NCBI RefSeq assembly: GCF_964204645.1
Contig: NC_134035.1
Span: 124,001 to 188,000 of the forward strand
DNA from: Tubulanus polymorphus
Taxonomy: Eukaryota; Animalia; Nemertea
Direction of reading: 5' to 3'
DNA length: 64,000 nt
The stretch's first letter is position 1, and every line of letters begins with the position of its first letter. The translations under genes were made by a program, and so were the position numbers. Below are positions 1-13,534 of the stretch, in pieces. Under the pieces are notes generated by a model. The model searched no databases. It was given only the letters and a program-made list of their open reading frames with translations, and was not told where the DNA came from.

Positions 1-1007
1 TTAGGATGCTTTCTTATCTGACGAAATTTCTTCACATTCCGGAAACGAAAGCGAGTGTATCTCATCCTCTGAAGATAATCCATCCTTAATCTCTATTGGG
101 ATTAACAAATGGCTGCTGCCGGTATTGAACTGTTCTTACTCAATAATCCACATTCTATACCAGACTCCGCTAAACCTATTTATTACTCACACAACCAAAT
201 ATTCTCAGCAAATTCTGAGAAAGCATTCCAAAAAATATCCACCTGATATTCAAAAACTGCATCTCTGGCAGCATTTATATCCTAAAATCTAATGTCCCTC
301 ATGACAAGCGACGACTTAACTAATCCATCTCTATGAGGAGTAAATGTAATTTTGTTGTTGATAAAATAATTCCTGAATGAATTAAACAGTATCTAATCTT
401 ACAACACCCGGGCCCAGTCGGGCCAGGCCCGGTTTCAAAGTTGTCCAGTCGCAGAAGTTTACGGCTATAGGAAATTTACAGAAGGATGAAATAATGTCCT
501 AACGAGGAATTTCAGACCTAGTAAATGACTATGAGATATAGAATGATTTCTTAAAGAAATTGATAATGATCCCAATAAATACCTTAGAAAAACAGCCTGT
601 TATAATCCAACAGAAGAGAAAAGCCGCCCCAACTGTCCAGCAGTAGGTGATAGAAATGATTGAAACTGAGAGCTACAGTCAGCGCCACGAGTGAGGGAGG
701 ACTGTGAGTCAGAGAGAGAGAGAGGGGGAAGGGATTCTCTGCAGTATTACCTAGTCTCTATTTTTATACACACAACAGATACTGATTCTACAGACTGCGC
801 CGTAATGAGGCCACAAATATGCACGTAAAACTCATAACAATAAATCTGCCAACAAATACGTTACAATTCACCAGTTTCTGTGAATCTCTTCACAATTACA
901 ACGATTTATGCTCTAAACTTCTTAGAATCGCTGAGATGATCTTATCAAAAACTACAAACATGGAAATCTGGTTCACCAGTTCGAATAAATGATGGAATTT
1001 TACTTAC

Positions 1008-1066
1008 GATTCCCGATACAATCCGATACAATCCGATACAGTTAGAATAGCAGCTGGTATAACCAT
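1008..1066 (-). CDS. candidate first coding exon (MVIPAAILTVSDCIGLYRES), phase 2
   Basis: Donor gtaagt at 1002-1007; CpG-rich leader at 1180-1330 and a TA-rich block upstream. Confidence 0.5.
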
Positions 1067-2389
1067 CAATACTAACACGTATTGTCAGTTCTAATAACAA
1101 TATTGTTTTTTTTTATACTATCTATGTCGGGTATTAATCGCTAACAATAATTGTGTTCGATATAAAATAATCGGATAACTGCGTGTCTGGTCGCTACGGG
1201 TGATAATAGTGCGTCGTCTGTCCGGTCGGTCGCGGCCACTAGGAGCGGGTAATCACGTCTTCTGCCGCTGATAATCCGAAGTAACTGCGCAAATGGAACA
1301 GCACCACCCTTGATACCACTGCAGCAACGACAATATATATATTTATCTAATTATATATTCAATAGATCTTAAAGCAATATATACACAATATATATATATA
1401 TATGCATCTAAATATATGATACTTCACACTTCATACGTTCATCAGTTTTATATTAGATGATTTTTGTATAGTTGAAAAAGTGATGCTAGCTTTTTCGTAC
1501 AGCGTTCTATGACGTTTCTATGATGTATATTTGATATAGTTTTCACTAAAGGCACAACGTGTAGCCATATATATATATATATATATTATACACATATAAC
1601 GTGCGCGGTGCGGTGTTCATAGCTATATTTATATATACACGAATATGTGATTGAATCCGATTCAAGTTTTCAGAAAGTTCAGGCTTCTTTTAAAAGATGT
1701 AGACGACCATCTTCGGGAAGACACAAAATGATGTTGTTACCGCGGTTTCACCGCGTAAGGTTGCCGGATGATTTTCCACCGGTGTAAAATGTCGAGCGCA
1801 ACTTAAACGCACATAATTGAAATCAGTGTAATTAATTCATGAAGTTCCTCCTGTTAGTGATTTGGTATTAATTCATTCATCCATGAATTCAACTGCTACA
1901 GATAAACACCATCTAACACTAAACATCGACGATATATTAATGAGTTCCTTATAGCGGATTCAGCAGTATATCACATAGCAATCACTCGCAGGCATCCGAT
2001 CTGGGAACCTTTCATCAATGACAGAGTTTCTGACAGCTAGACGACTAACTCTCCCACACTCAATGTTTATCTTGATGAACTCGATGAAGACGCTTCAATC
2101 TATTAAATCCTCTATTATCATAAAATTTTTGAAAACGTTCCCGCAATCGTTACAATGTCGGCAAACAGCGGTAAAAAACAGTGAAAGTAAAGATATGTAA
2201 GTATAAAACACAGAGGTGGCAAAACTAAACTAATCACTCACTCGCATAGACTGCATTCACTCTCACTCTCTCACTCTCTCTTTCTCTCACACTCTCACTC
2301 TCACTCTCACTCTCTCTCTCACTCTCACTCTCACTCTCATTCAAACAGACACTGCAACAATATACGACTACGACTTGCAGACATCTTAC

Positions 2390-2481
2390 TGTCTACGTTG
2401 ACAGTTTGTGTCAGAGTTTCGTGATAAAATATGAATCACAATGACTGAGATCACCGACTGTAAAGGACTAAGACTCCTCAT
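2390..2481 (-). CDS. candidate first coding exon (MRSLSPLQSVISVIVIHILSRNSDTNCQRR), phase 2
   Basis: Donor gtaaga at 2384-2389; open from the ATG at 2481; X-box about 120 nt upstream. Confidence 0.45.
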
Positions 2482-2597
2482 CTATCCATGAGTCATCATC
2501 AGCATCATCATCAACAGTTGGCCCGAGACAACGCTCACTCGCCGCAGCAGTCAGCTCTCAATGACAAGAGGCCGCACGCCGATATCATTCCGAGACA

Positions 2598-2610
2598 GTT
2601 GCCTAGCAAC
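2598..2610. promoter_or_regulatory. RFX X-box GTTGCCTAGCAAC
   Basis: Matches GTNRCC(N0-3)RGYAAC. Confidence 0.55.
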
Positions 2611-4562
2611 ATCTCAGTAATTCGTATATCAAATTTGTTAACAACGCGCGGGGCCTATACAAATAGAGGACTCGATCTCTGTGAGTATCTCAGCAGTTTT
2701 AGAGAGACACAGAGTAAACAAATGTCTCCCACATCACTTCAATATAACACTTAAAACAGCAGCTTCAATGTATCGTAACAATTACACATTTTATCCGATG
2801 GATGACTCACTGCTGCTGCTGCTGCTGGCAGTAGATTAAATCAGAAATATTTGACAATGAAATATTACTTGACTCAATCAGTGCAACAACTGACAATAGA
2901 AATGACTAAACATTCATGACACACACATGTATTCATCTCGGTCGAGGCTTACATTTAACACCAATTTCAAGCTCATTTTCAGACCAGTTAAAACCAGTCG
3001 TCCTTTGATATAAGACGATTTTGGAGTCACGACCAGTTTTCAAGTTGAAGTGATTAAGTAAGCTACAACAATACAAGCTTTCCTTACATTTACAATGGAG
3101 CCGCGATCTCAGTGAACTAATAGACGTCTGTCAACAAACCGGCGTCACGAATTTGGGTGAATTACCAAGTTCTCCATGAAACCATGACAACGCATGTATT
3201 TTACGAGGAGCGTCTGAAATCGAAGCCGATGTACCCTAACTACACGTAGCGCGTAGAATCCTGCACAGACATACACATCAATACTCCCCCAACACATAGT
3301 CGATCAGACTCATTCCCACTATCAACATACACTTGCACAGAACTAAAATCTCCACCACATTTATCATCAACGCAGTCCATGATATTCGGAGAGTTTGTTT
3401 GAGGGCTGATAGAAGGGTCCATATATAGACTAGTAATAGCTTTATAACGTAGGGCACTTTTACAAGGCACCAGAAATGTGTTATTGGTTTATGATATAGG
3501 GTACTGTAACAATGTCGCTGTTTAAATGCTACGTCATTATGATATCGTGTATTTATGATATCGTGTATTCTTTTACACGGTGAAGGAGGTTAAATTGCAA
3601 GTCACGCAAACAAAAGAAACTACAAAATGATATTGAGTGAGTAATCTTTGAACGAACGCCAGCAATTAAAACCACTTATTTTCACTACAGATCTTGAATA
3701 AACACTTATCATTACAATGAGTACTCCTTGCACTCACTCCCTGCCTCTCATCACCCCCTATCACTCCTCCCTCTCTCCCCTCTCTCCTTGGCTGACTCAT
3801 AATTACTTGATTAATTACAACTTACAAATATAACTCTCTACTCCTCATTTCTCTAACTATGATTCATTCACTACGTAACTTCAGTATTTCTGACTTCGAA
3901 CTCAGCAAATTGATTCTGGTTCTTCAAAATTTTTTTCATGTTAATAGCACATTCAGTGTACAGTTAACTGTAATAGAGTCAAAGGTAGAACTAGAAAATC
4001 AAGGCCAAATTTGTAAGACAATGTAAACGCTAGGTCTTCCAATTCATAAGGAACAATTTGAACTAACATGAAAAGGAAATCAGTGATGTGTTTGATATAT
4101 TGTCAGTGTGAAATACCGGTCTAATAGTGTTATAGTATTGAATCATATACAATTCACTTATTATAGCAACACGCGAAACAAATTAAAGCGAATGTGTCTA
4201 ATTTCAAAACAACTTTTCTTTCATACATATTTGAATATATGTCATCGTTTTGATTTGTTGATATGGGGAACCTGTGTTCCCTCTGCATTGTGAGACCACA
4301 TCAGTAAAACAGATGAAGATTGACACTGAATGGACACTGATGAAATGAGGGTGTAACTGATTAGAATAAGAAAATGCTTCACACTATCCCCTAATAGTTT
4401 TCAGGGCATGTATTCAAAGATGTAGCGAGCTGAATCTGTTATCTATGGCCTAAAAAGTAAGTCTAAAAAGTGACTTGAAGTTTTATTTTGTAGCCCTAGG
4501 TGAGTGCTAACAGCGACTAACTCCAGGTCAGTGACATCCCATGTACCCATAATCAGCCATAG

Positions 4563-5053
4563 CTGACCAGTGACATCACAGTCACTCAGTACTAGCAGCT
4601 AACCCTAACCCTAGGTCAGGTGACCAGTGACATCACAGCCACTGAGTGCCAGCAGCTAACCCTAACCCTAGGTCAGGTGACCAGTGACCTCACAGGCACT
4701 CAGTGCCAGCAGCTAACCCTAACCCTAGGTCAGGTGACCAGTGACATCACAGGCACTCACAGCCAGCAGCTAACCCTAACCCTAGGTCAGGTGACCAGTG
4801 ACATCACAGCCACTGAGTGCCAGCAGCTAACCCTAACCCTAGGTCAGGTGACCAGTGACCTCACAGGCACTCATTGCCAGCAGCTAACCCTAACCCTAGG
4901 TCAGGTGACCAGTGACATCACAGGCACTCACAGCCAGCAGCTAACCCTAACCCTAGGTCAGGTGACCAGTGACATCACAGCCACTCAGGGCCAGCAGCTA
5001 ACCCTAACCCTAGGTCAGGTGACCAGTGACATCACAGACACTCAGTACTAGCA
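4563..5053. repeat. 57-bp minisatellite, about 8.5 copies, containing (TAACCC)2
   Basis: Unit cagcagctaaccctaaccctaggtcaggtgaccagtgacatcacaggcactcacagc. Confidence 0.97.
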
Positions 5054-5063
5054 TCTTACCATG

Positions 5064-5131
5064 TCAACTAACAGTGGAGTGACCAACCACAACCAAGCCT
5101 TTAGTCAATTCAATGTATTTATTGGTGTCTT
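5064..5131 (-). CDS. candidate stop-containing exon ((E)DTNKYIELTKGLVVVGHSTVS*)
   Basis: Acceptor ccttctatgcag at 5132-5134. Only the phase-1 frame stays open, to TGA at 5064-5066. Strong donor gtaaga at 5054-5059. Confidence 0.5.
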
Positions 5132-5170
5132 CTGCATAGAAGGGTGAAATAATGATTTCTATAATCACAG

Positions 5171-5260
5171 TAGAAACTACTATCAGATGACCACTAGTGC
5201 TAGAAACTATTATCAGATGACCGCTAGTGCTAGAAACTATTATCAGATGACCACTAGTGC
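5171..5260. repeat. 30-bp tandem repeat x3
   Basis: tagaaactattatcagatgaccactagtgc. Confidence 0.95.
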
Positions 5261-5840
5261 ACTAAAATATTCAATTGCATTAGAGCATTGTTTTTCCTCT
5301 TTCACAATACCTTTTTATCAGTCAATATAATCCAAATACATCGTGAATAGTTAATTCTAAAATTCACTGAAGAAATAAACTCTAGCTATCAGTAGACATA
5401 CATCAGGCATGATTCCAGTGGCTTGACTTTTCTAGTTCAGTGAAAATAATACACTACAAAGGCTCATTTTCTGAATAAATATTTTGTCACACATAAAAAT
5501 TCCTGTTTTCTAAGTATAAACAAAAAGTCCACGTTTCCTACTAATAATAAAGACATTAAGTTAAAATATCACAACCGCTGTCCTAAAAATATAGAACAGG
5601 GTATATTCTGTGCACAATACATGTACTCATTGTAAACCTGTCAACCTGTTATTAACACTGTGAGTATGAACCAGTGCCTTCACAGAGAGTGCTTTTAATT
5701 CTGCTCATAATAAACTGCAGCATTATTAAAGGTAAACCTTAGATTTCACCTGGAGGCATTCGACAATTCCATGAAAATATTGGGGGCACATTTTACATTC
5801 TAAGGGATTAAGATTGAGAAATATTTGTTAAAATATTGGG

Positions 5841-6013
5841 AGGGGCTTGAAGATTGGCGCAGAGATAGCGGTACCAGGGTCGGCAGGGGTTGAAGATCAG
5901 CGCGGGGATAGCGGTACCAGGGTTAGAGGGGGCTTGAAGATTGGCGCAGGGATAGCGGTACCAGGGTCAGAGGGGGCTTGAAGATTGGCGCAGGGATAGC
6001 GGTACCAGGGTCA
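5841..6013. repeat. about 44-bp tandem repeat x4
   Basis: ggggcttgaagattggcgcagggatagcggtaccagggtcaga. Confidence 0.95.
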
Positions 6014-6177
6014 GGTATCCGTATCAATATTCATAATGCAAGGAAATGTCAAACGAATGAATGAATAGAAGATGTTGTTGGCCGTTGATAGAATGTGAGT
6101 CAAACTCAATGACACGTATGACTCATTGTAGTTAACAGATCATCAACTGATTAAATGGTGTTAATTATCTTACTACA

Positions 6178-6469
6178 CAGTGACCAACCCACTGGATACC
6201 GCAGTGACCAACCCACTGGATACCGCAGTGACCAACCCACTGGATACCGCAGTGACCAACCCACTGGATACCGCAGTGACCAACCCACTGGATACCGCAG
6301 TGACCAACCCACTGGATACCCCAGTGACCAACCCACTGGATACCCCAGTGACCAACCCACTGGATACCGCAGTGACCAACCCACTGAATACCGCAGTGAC
6401 CAACCCACTGGATACCGCAGTGACCAACCCACTGGATACCGCAGTGACCAACCCACTGGATACCGCAGT
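6178..6469. repeat. 24-bp minisatellite x12
   Basis: cagtgaccaacccactggataccg. Confidence 0.97.
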
Positions 6470-7090
6470 TTCACCTAACAAACCAACTGAAAAAAGTGTA
6501 CTGAATACCTATCTGAATTCTCACAACAATCCTTATGTTTTACTTGAAACTGGTTCCAAAATCCTAGATATCTACTCTCGAAATCTGTATATTCAATCTT
6601 CTATATTCTTAACGGCACCAAATCGCAATTTCTGACCGAAGGTCTCTGCTTCATTCCCTGGCTTATGAGGAGGGTTTACAAGAGACACATCAAATAAATC
6701 AGAGACCGAGGTATAACGAGACTACACAATAAATTAAACGCTATATATCGATTAGTCTCTGACACAGAGTACTTTATCTAGATACAGTCAACGCATTCAG
6801 AATTCAGATCTTTCGCCCTAAAATAAGTTATGAATCAAGGGCAATTAAACAGTCGATATCTTTATTAATGGTCCGAATTTGTGCCTAATATGTGGATCTA
6901 TAACCGGAGAGGGACGAAATGCCGATATCGGCGACTGTACGGTCTGGACAGTGGATAAACGTGACAGCAATAGATCGGAGATAATCCAATAAACCATCCT
7001 CCGCGTGCAACTAAATCACTAGAGATATCAAACATTCACAGCACGACCGACTAAAACTAGTAAACATATGAATGTAAAACATCTTCTTAC

Positions 7091-7107
7091 GAATTCATAT
7101 TCCTCAT
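7091..7107 (-). CDS. candidate first coding exon (MRNMNS), phase 2
   Basis: Donor gtaaga at 7085-7090; ATG at 7107. Confidence 0.35.
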
Positions 7108-7496
7108 TGGTCCATCTTAACTCATCCCGAGACGATCCCGAAATGGAGAAATTATGATAAGGTTGATATTCTTTTGTCTGAATGAAAATTGTCTTCATCA
7201 GCAAAACTTTTTTGAATACAGAACAGACACAGCTGCAGGTACTGGATGCAGGTGCTGGATGCAGGTGCTGGATACAGGTAACATCAGGATATTTCCTTTA
7301 ATTTGCTTGATAAAACGCGTTCAGATTATGAACCTGCGTCTGTATTACTATTTTCTAAAAGAGGTGTCCATTATTCCAGTGTATCAGACAGAAAATTCAT
7401 CTCGGATCAGACCCGTGTCCAGATCCTTTCAAGATTCGCAAAACGCCACAAATCTAACACTCACAGAATACATTGAGATAATGTTGCTATGCTTAC

Positions 7497-7515
7497 CCCT
7501 CGTAAATTCCTAAAT
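7497..7515 (-). CDS. candidate 19-nt microexon ((D)LGIYEG), phase 1 to 2
   Basis: Acceptor cattcag, donor gtaagc. Accepts phase 1 from the 9261 exon and exits in phase 2 like the nearby first exons. Weak pyrimidine tract. Confidence 0.4.
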
Positions 7516-8591
7516 CTGAATGTTTATTTGATATAAATCCGTTGATTGAACGTAGAGAGAGTGATCAGTACTACAGTGTATGTTACAGTGTCACCGCGAC
7601 GCAGTAGCTAGTGACACGCGCGCGCGCCGTGCGTTCTGTAGCGATCAGCATCATACAATAACAATAGACACATTGTCATCGTGTTGCTCCCAGACACTCC
7701 ATATACGTACCTAGCTACCTAACCCGACCATCTGTCAATCATTTCATCTTTATATACCTCCTTGTCCGATACCACAACCTAATAAATAGGGATACGCGGA
7801 AACCAGTCTCGCAGACGGATTAGGCAGTAACCAGTCTAAGCGGCAACGCCCGCCCGACGACAACACGCTATCATTTCATTCAATCATTCCTTTGTTGTCT
7901 GACAAAAAATTTTTAATCATCGTTAAACTTTTGAAACGAGTCGTCAATAGCGACGACGACGACGACGGCTCACGGAGACTCGATGCAATAGAGACAATAA
8001 ATAAATCTACGTTCTGTAAAATACAGACAATAATCGGTTACGTTGAGTCGCGAAAAATACCAGAATTTCTTACGTAAATATTCGACAGATTTTTGCTGTA
8101 GATATTGACTCTATGACTAATAGAAATACTGTGATTATTTCAGAGCGTATGAAAAAATGTCCTCATTCACCTCATAATTAGTATAAATATTATACGGCTG
8201 CGAGTGGAGAACAGATTTCTGAGCAAATAAAAACTCGTGCGTTTTTAAGCGCGGAAAATGAGCAGAATTTTTGAGGATCTTGATAAAATATCGATGATTT
8301 TCTCTCGCGTAAAACGATGAGTCATCGACGAACTCCGCGCATCGTGAATCATCGAGTTCTTTCTCTGTTCAACAGTTTTGTTCGGATCGAAGAAAAAACT
8401 CAAAAACCGCCGAAGAGCAATCGATACGAGCAAGAGCTGACAAACCAAATCATCAGCCGCTTGAAAACAAACCAAATCATCAGCCGCTTGAAAACCGGGC
8501 TTTTTTTCTAAAAATTTCTTCCGAGGCTATTTAGAAAAAAAAATCGCTGTAACTTAAATCGTTGCAGACTTTAGTTAATTTAACGCGTGAA

Positions 8592-8788
8592 GGAATATAT
8601 CTGAGTTGAGGGATATATCTGAGTTGAAGGATATATCTGAGTTGAGGGATATATCTGAGTTGAGGGATATATCTGAGTTGAGGGGAATATCTGAGTTGAG
8701 GGATATATCTGAGTTGAGGGATATATCTGAGTTGAGGGGAATATCTGAGTTGAGGGATATATCTGAGTTGAGGGGAATATCTGAGTTG
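8592..8788. repeat. 18-bp minisatellite, about 11 copies
   Basis: gagggatatatctgagtt. Confidence 0.97.
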
Positions 8789-9260
8789 ACTTGAAGTGCA
8801 GGAATTACTGAGAAAAATAAACCAGTACTCACCATCCAGGTGTGATTCACTACTAGACTCGATAATTCACCAGTATCCACGCATCAACATGTTGTTTCTT
8901 TTTTCTTAATCGTCACCAATTTACACCGATTCCTACTTGTGTCTGATCTCGTGTTGGTCCCGGGGCCACAGAGAGTGGCGAGGTATTTATGGGATATTTC
9001 TCACACTTGACTTACAAATATATACATTGAAACTCATGCTGAAGTTTTCCTAATTGGACGGTCATTACGTTGATGGCTTTTCCAAATGACCACTCAAACA
9101 CTTAGCAAATTGAATTTCAACTACAAAATTGGACTCAAAAATAGAGATGACTTCAGTAATCTGATGACTTATCCAATAATGACTTCAGCGAGTTTGACTT
9201 TTTTACAGACAAATTGACCTGAATTGATCTCAGTTCGTTGTGAAAAATTCATGAACTTAC

Positions 9261-9296
9261 CTTTAGTAATTTCTTCATTTTCATCAGGTTCACCAT
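9261..9296 (-). CDS. 36-nt exon ((D)GEPDENEEITK)
   Basis: Acceptor tgtgttgtattgtag, donor AAG/gtaagt, phase 1 to 1, open and acidic. Confidence 0.8.
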
Positions 9297-10597
9297 CTAC
9301 AATACAACACAAATTCAGAAATATTAACAACATGGCTTCAGTCTTACAATAAGCGTTTAAATAATATTCTTATACACATTTTAAAAGAGCCACACAACAA
9401 ATAAGGGAAAATACATAAAGGTTTTTTCACATGCAGCGAGGGAAATATTGGCAGAAGCAGCACATTGATAAAAACAACACCAGGAATGATATCAAAATAT
9501 CGACCCGGCCTACAACAGTTGAACCCTCCCTTCGATCGATGCACTTTGAAAAGCGTCTACGATCGTTTTGATAATTTGCTGTGATTTTTATGTTATGTGG
9601 AATGGAAACTGAAAAAAGAAATGACATTTCAAAATCTTATCGACTCCTCCTTCGAAAAGAGAAAAAGCATCATGGCCGCCTCCATCAGCTCGACCAATTA
9701 CACAGCTATTACCGCGGTAGATAATTTGAATGAAATCGCACGTTAATTTGATGATGTCATAGTCAACGGAGGCAGCCATTTTGTTCGAGGAGGGTCTATA
9801 TTTTCACGCGTCCAACTGGGATTTATCATCCAGTATGTGCTGCCGCCTAGTGGGATATATCTAATCTACGTAACATGCTCGCCGAGGTCGTTATAAAACG
9901 AAGGTCAAATATCAAGATAGTTTTGATATCATTCCTCGATATTTTGGAACGGAAAAAAGGAATGAGAAATTTCACAGCAAACAGCGGATCAGTGCAACAC
10001 ACACAACAGAAATATTTATCAATTCTTTTGGAAAATTTTGAATTTTGAATCTAGCCATTCGTCTGTGGCCACAAAACAACCATTGATTCGAAGGTTTAAT
10101 TTCGAGGTCGGGACAAAAAGTGCTGGTGTTAAATCACGAAAAAATGGTGCAAGTATTCTTTCTATCGAAATATAATTTGACACGGCCGCCCTCTAGCGGC
10201 GGGAATCAAAATCGAAATTGGCTGTTGGTGGCATTTTCAGAAACGGAAGCACAACGGGAGAAAATAAATCCCAGTCTAACGAACGTAATATGACAATATC
10301 ATAAAACCTGACAACAGCGCCCTCTTACGAGTGAAACGAACACTAACGCATTACGCGTTAATAATATTTCTGAATTTTATACGAAACTAAAAACTAAACG
10401 ACTTTCATCACGAGAGTTCAACGAGAGTTCAACGAGAGTTCAATCGATATGAGTGCAAACACAGGTTTATTAATGATACGATCATTTTCACTCTTTTACC
10501 GGCGTCCGAATATTTATTGAAATATTATCGCTATTTTTCAATAGAAAAAAAGAAAGAATTGAAGTCGTAAAAGAGTGAAGATCTGCGAAGACTTTAC

Positions 10598-10624
10598 CTC
10601 GGCCTTTCATAAAGAAATATCCAC
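10598..10624 (-). CDS. 27-nt microexon after LIM ((G)GYFFMKGR)
   Basis: Acceptor cgtttttag, donor gtaaag, phase 1 to 1; supplies the G-x-Y expected after this LIM type. Confidence 0.75.
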
Positions 10625-12889
10625 CTAAAAACGATACAGGACGATTTGATGTAAGAATCATTCATTAAATTTCTTTTGATTAACATAGAGTGATATTTGT
10701 ATCATTATTTACACACATATATACATATAGTGATCTGATCGGGGTGAAGTGATTTGGTCTGTACTGTCTGTAACACCCTTCATTATAGATCTATGTTAGT
10801 ATTTCACAGGTAACTATCTCAACTCTTGTTTAAAGATATATTTTTCAGATGGCCAAATCTGAACGACATGAAAACAGACAAATGATTATGCGACACATAA
10901 TAATATCACTACCCGATAGTGCAGCCAGTGAATGAGAGTTACTCGTGATTTTTGGCGTAAGACTCTATGAGAGCACACTTCCTGACGTTGTAGCTGGCCC
11001 ACCTAATGAATAGGGTGTACGATAACAAGGGACAGAAAATGTCCCCATACGATAGGAATCAGGAAAGGATACAGCAGCCTAAAAGCCTTGATTGAAAATA
11101 TATCGGTTTTGAATTTGATTTGTTACCTAGTAATCTATCACAATTCTATCTGATATATCAGTGTTGAGACTATGCAGGTGTATGACAGAGCAGTCGTGAT
11201 TTAGGATTAGTATTTAGGTTAGGATTGATGTTAATTAATCAAAGGTTATTGAAAGTTATTGAAACTATGCCGTTAATTCCAGTCATAAAGAGTTTTAACA
11301 ATTCATGGAAGGAATTTCAGGGGCTGCAGTTGCTCACAATAGTTTAGTAGAACTGACAGAGTGATAGTAAAACCGGACCGGTTCCACAGTAAATGGTTTA
11401 ATGTGACTCTCAGAATTAAAATTAGTTCATTTAGAAAGTTCTAACTGTAGAGTCTTTACTGAAAACCATAGAATTGGATTGTACTTTGTTAAACAGGCTC
11501 GAGTAGAAATCTTAAAGATAGTTTATTTCTGATGATTTAACTCTAGTCATATCCTAACTAACTGTGGAACTGGTTTCCTGCATTTTCAATACGATATTTG
11601 AGCAACTGGCTCCAGATGGTTACGAAAGGCCACTAAAAGGACTCTTCTCTCTCTATTTCTCTTCTTTCTCTCTCTCTCACCTTTGAGACGTTGATTATTA
11701 ACAACAATCGTTGAATTTTGTTGCTGAGGAATATTTTCTTTGCCTTTATACCGATCCTCATAGTGTCCTGTAAACAAACCACACGCAAACAAATATGCAG
11801 CCAGGGATTGCTTTGAATGAATCATTACGTGACGTGACGTAAGCAAATTAATAAAACATGCACAGTCAAAATGAAAATTAGGCGCATCAATCAGTATTTA
11901 TTCAAGAAAGAATCAGAGAATATCGTCTAAAGAATTACTGGGTATTTCTAACAGCGCTCGCTGAATTTCTGGCATTTGAGGGCCTGTTTTAAAATATCAA
12001 CCTTATTGTTTTATCATATCAGTTACAAGAAATCGGGGGTTTTAGGGGCCAGTTTTAAGACTAGTCTAGTTAGACTTATAGCTGACTTAGAAATTATGTT
12101 ATTTTCAGGGTTCCTGTAATGTCCCCGACTATCAGGGAATTATCAAAAGACAAGTAACTGTAGAAGTTTATAACTGAGTGATGCGCGACAACAAAAAGCT
12201 AACAATCAAATGAAAAAAACAAACAAAAATTTACTGAAATTTCATAATTGTTTTTTGTCAGTAACTTTTATGCAATATTGATGACGATTTAGTAGATATA
12301 GTTAGCAAGTTACATTAATTAATTCAAATCACTTTACATTGTTGTCATAATTATTTAAATTTATGCGAATATTCATGCTGAATTATTGAAATTACCATAT
12401 TGTGTCATTCGAAATTACTCAACGATCACGAAAAAAAAAATTCTTCGAAACTTTCAATGATTGGGAACTGGCTCCATCTGTGGGATGAATTGGGAACTAC
12501 TGATATGTGATACTTTATGTAAGCCAAAGTGATAATTCATGGGAGGTAGACTTATTCATGGGAGGTCGACTAATTCCGCAATTCACGGTTTCAAATGAAC
12601 TAATTATCCGAACGATTTTGGTAAAGAATTAAAATCTTTAAAGCCTTTTGCTAGCTCTGGTGCCGAAGATCATAACCACAGAACTACCCTAGGACTGATC
12701 AACTTTCTGCCCGGTTTGTCAAACCTTGGCTACTTGTAGACTTAGGGGGTAATTCTTTAGAACGCCCACAAATTCAGAGTGTTCCCAGGGGTTTTTAAGG
12801 TGTTGGACTCTAGAATTTAGATATTTTCTCAGTGACAAAATGCATATAAATCATGCTGAGACACATCGATAGTGGTAATGAATACATAC

Positions 12890-12963
12890 CTCGTAATCTG
12901 AACAACTCCATGAAATGAGGCTTACAGAACAGTTTACCCTCATTTACCGAAAAATCACCAGCC
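12890..12963 (-). CDS. LIM domain exon 2 ((L)AGDFSVNEGKLFCKPHFMELFRLR(G))
   Basis: Acceptor ttttttcag and donor gtatgt; 74 nt, phase 2 to 1. Completes x17-C-x2-H; CKPHFxxLF is the EPLIN/LIMD2-type tail. Phase matches the 15982 donor. Confidence 0.95.
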
Positions 12964-13482
12964 CTGAAAAAAACAACAGGAAAAATCTTTAGAATACAAT
13001 TACTGAATCAGGATTGTGGAAGGGAGCATGTGTTTGAGGAGTGCATCCCCTAGCTTATAACCCGGCTAATAAATAAATGAGAAACTTTTATAAAACCACT
13101 TTTTGAAATAACTTACCTATGCAGGAAATTACAATTAAAAACGACCGATGATTTTTCGCGTTTTGAAACGGACTTTAAAGCCGGTAATCCAAACAACACT
13201 AAACACAGAACCGTTCACTAGCTATATATCTATAGACACATGTTACAATTGAATGCAGAACAACTTGCAGATCCACGGTTCCACAATGTGACTTGATAAG
13301 AGCGGAATAATTGAAAATCATGTAACTTAAACTCTTTTATTTTGACTATACGGTTCATTTCCGATATTTTGAACCCTTGAGTCAAATTTTAACCAACGAC
13401 TGAGTGAACTGGATCCAGATCTCCAGAATAGTAAACATGTGTGCATAGATATAAACTAGGTTAGAATCCTGAGTCGTACTTA

Positions 13483-13483
<1 letters not shown>

Positions 13484-13534
<51 letters not shown>
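13484..13534. repeat. (CTG)17 microsatellite in the intron splitting the LIM domain
   Basis: Direct reading. Confidence 0.97.

Noticed and set aside
1-400. Possible coding relic at the window start
   Set aside because: Interrupted by stops and truncated by the window edge; possibly a LINE relic but not assignable.
4620-8880. Repetitive ORFs (4620..5051, 6151..6635, 8575..8880)
   Set aside because: They are open only because the minisatellite units (57, 24, 18 bp) are multiples of 3 and lack stops; several frames and strands are open at once.
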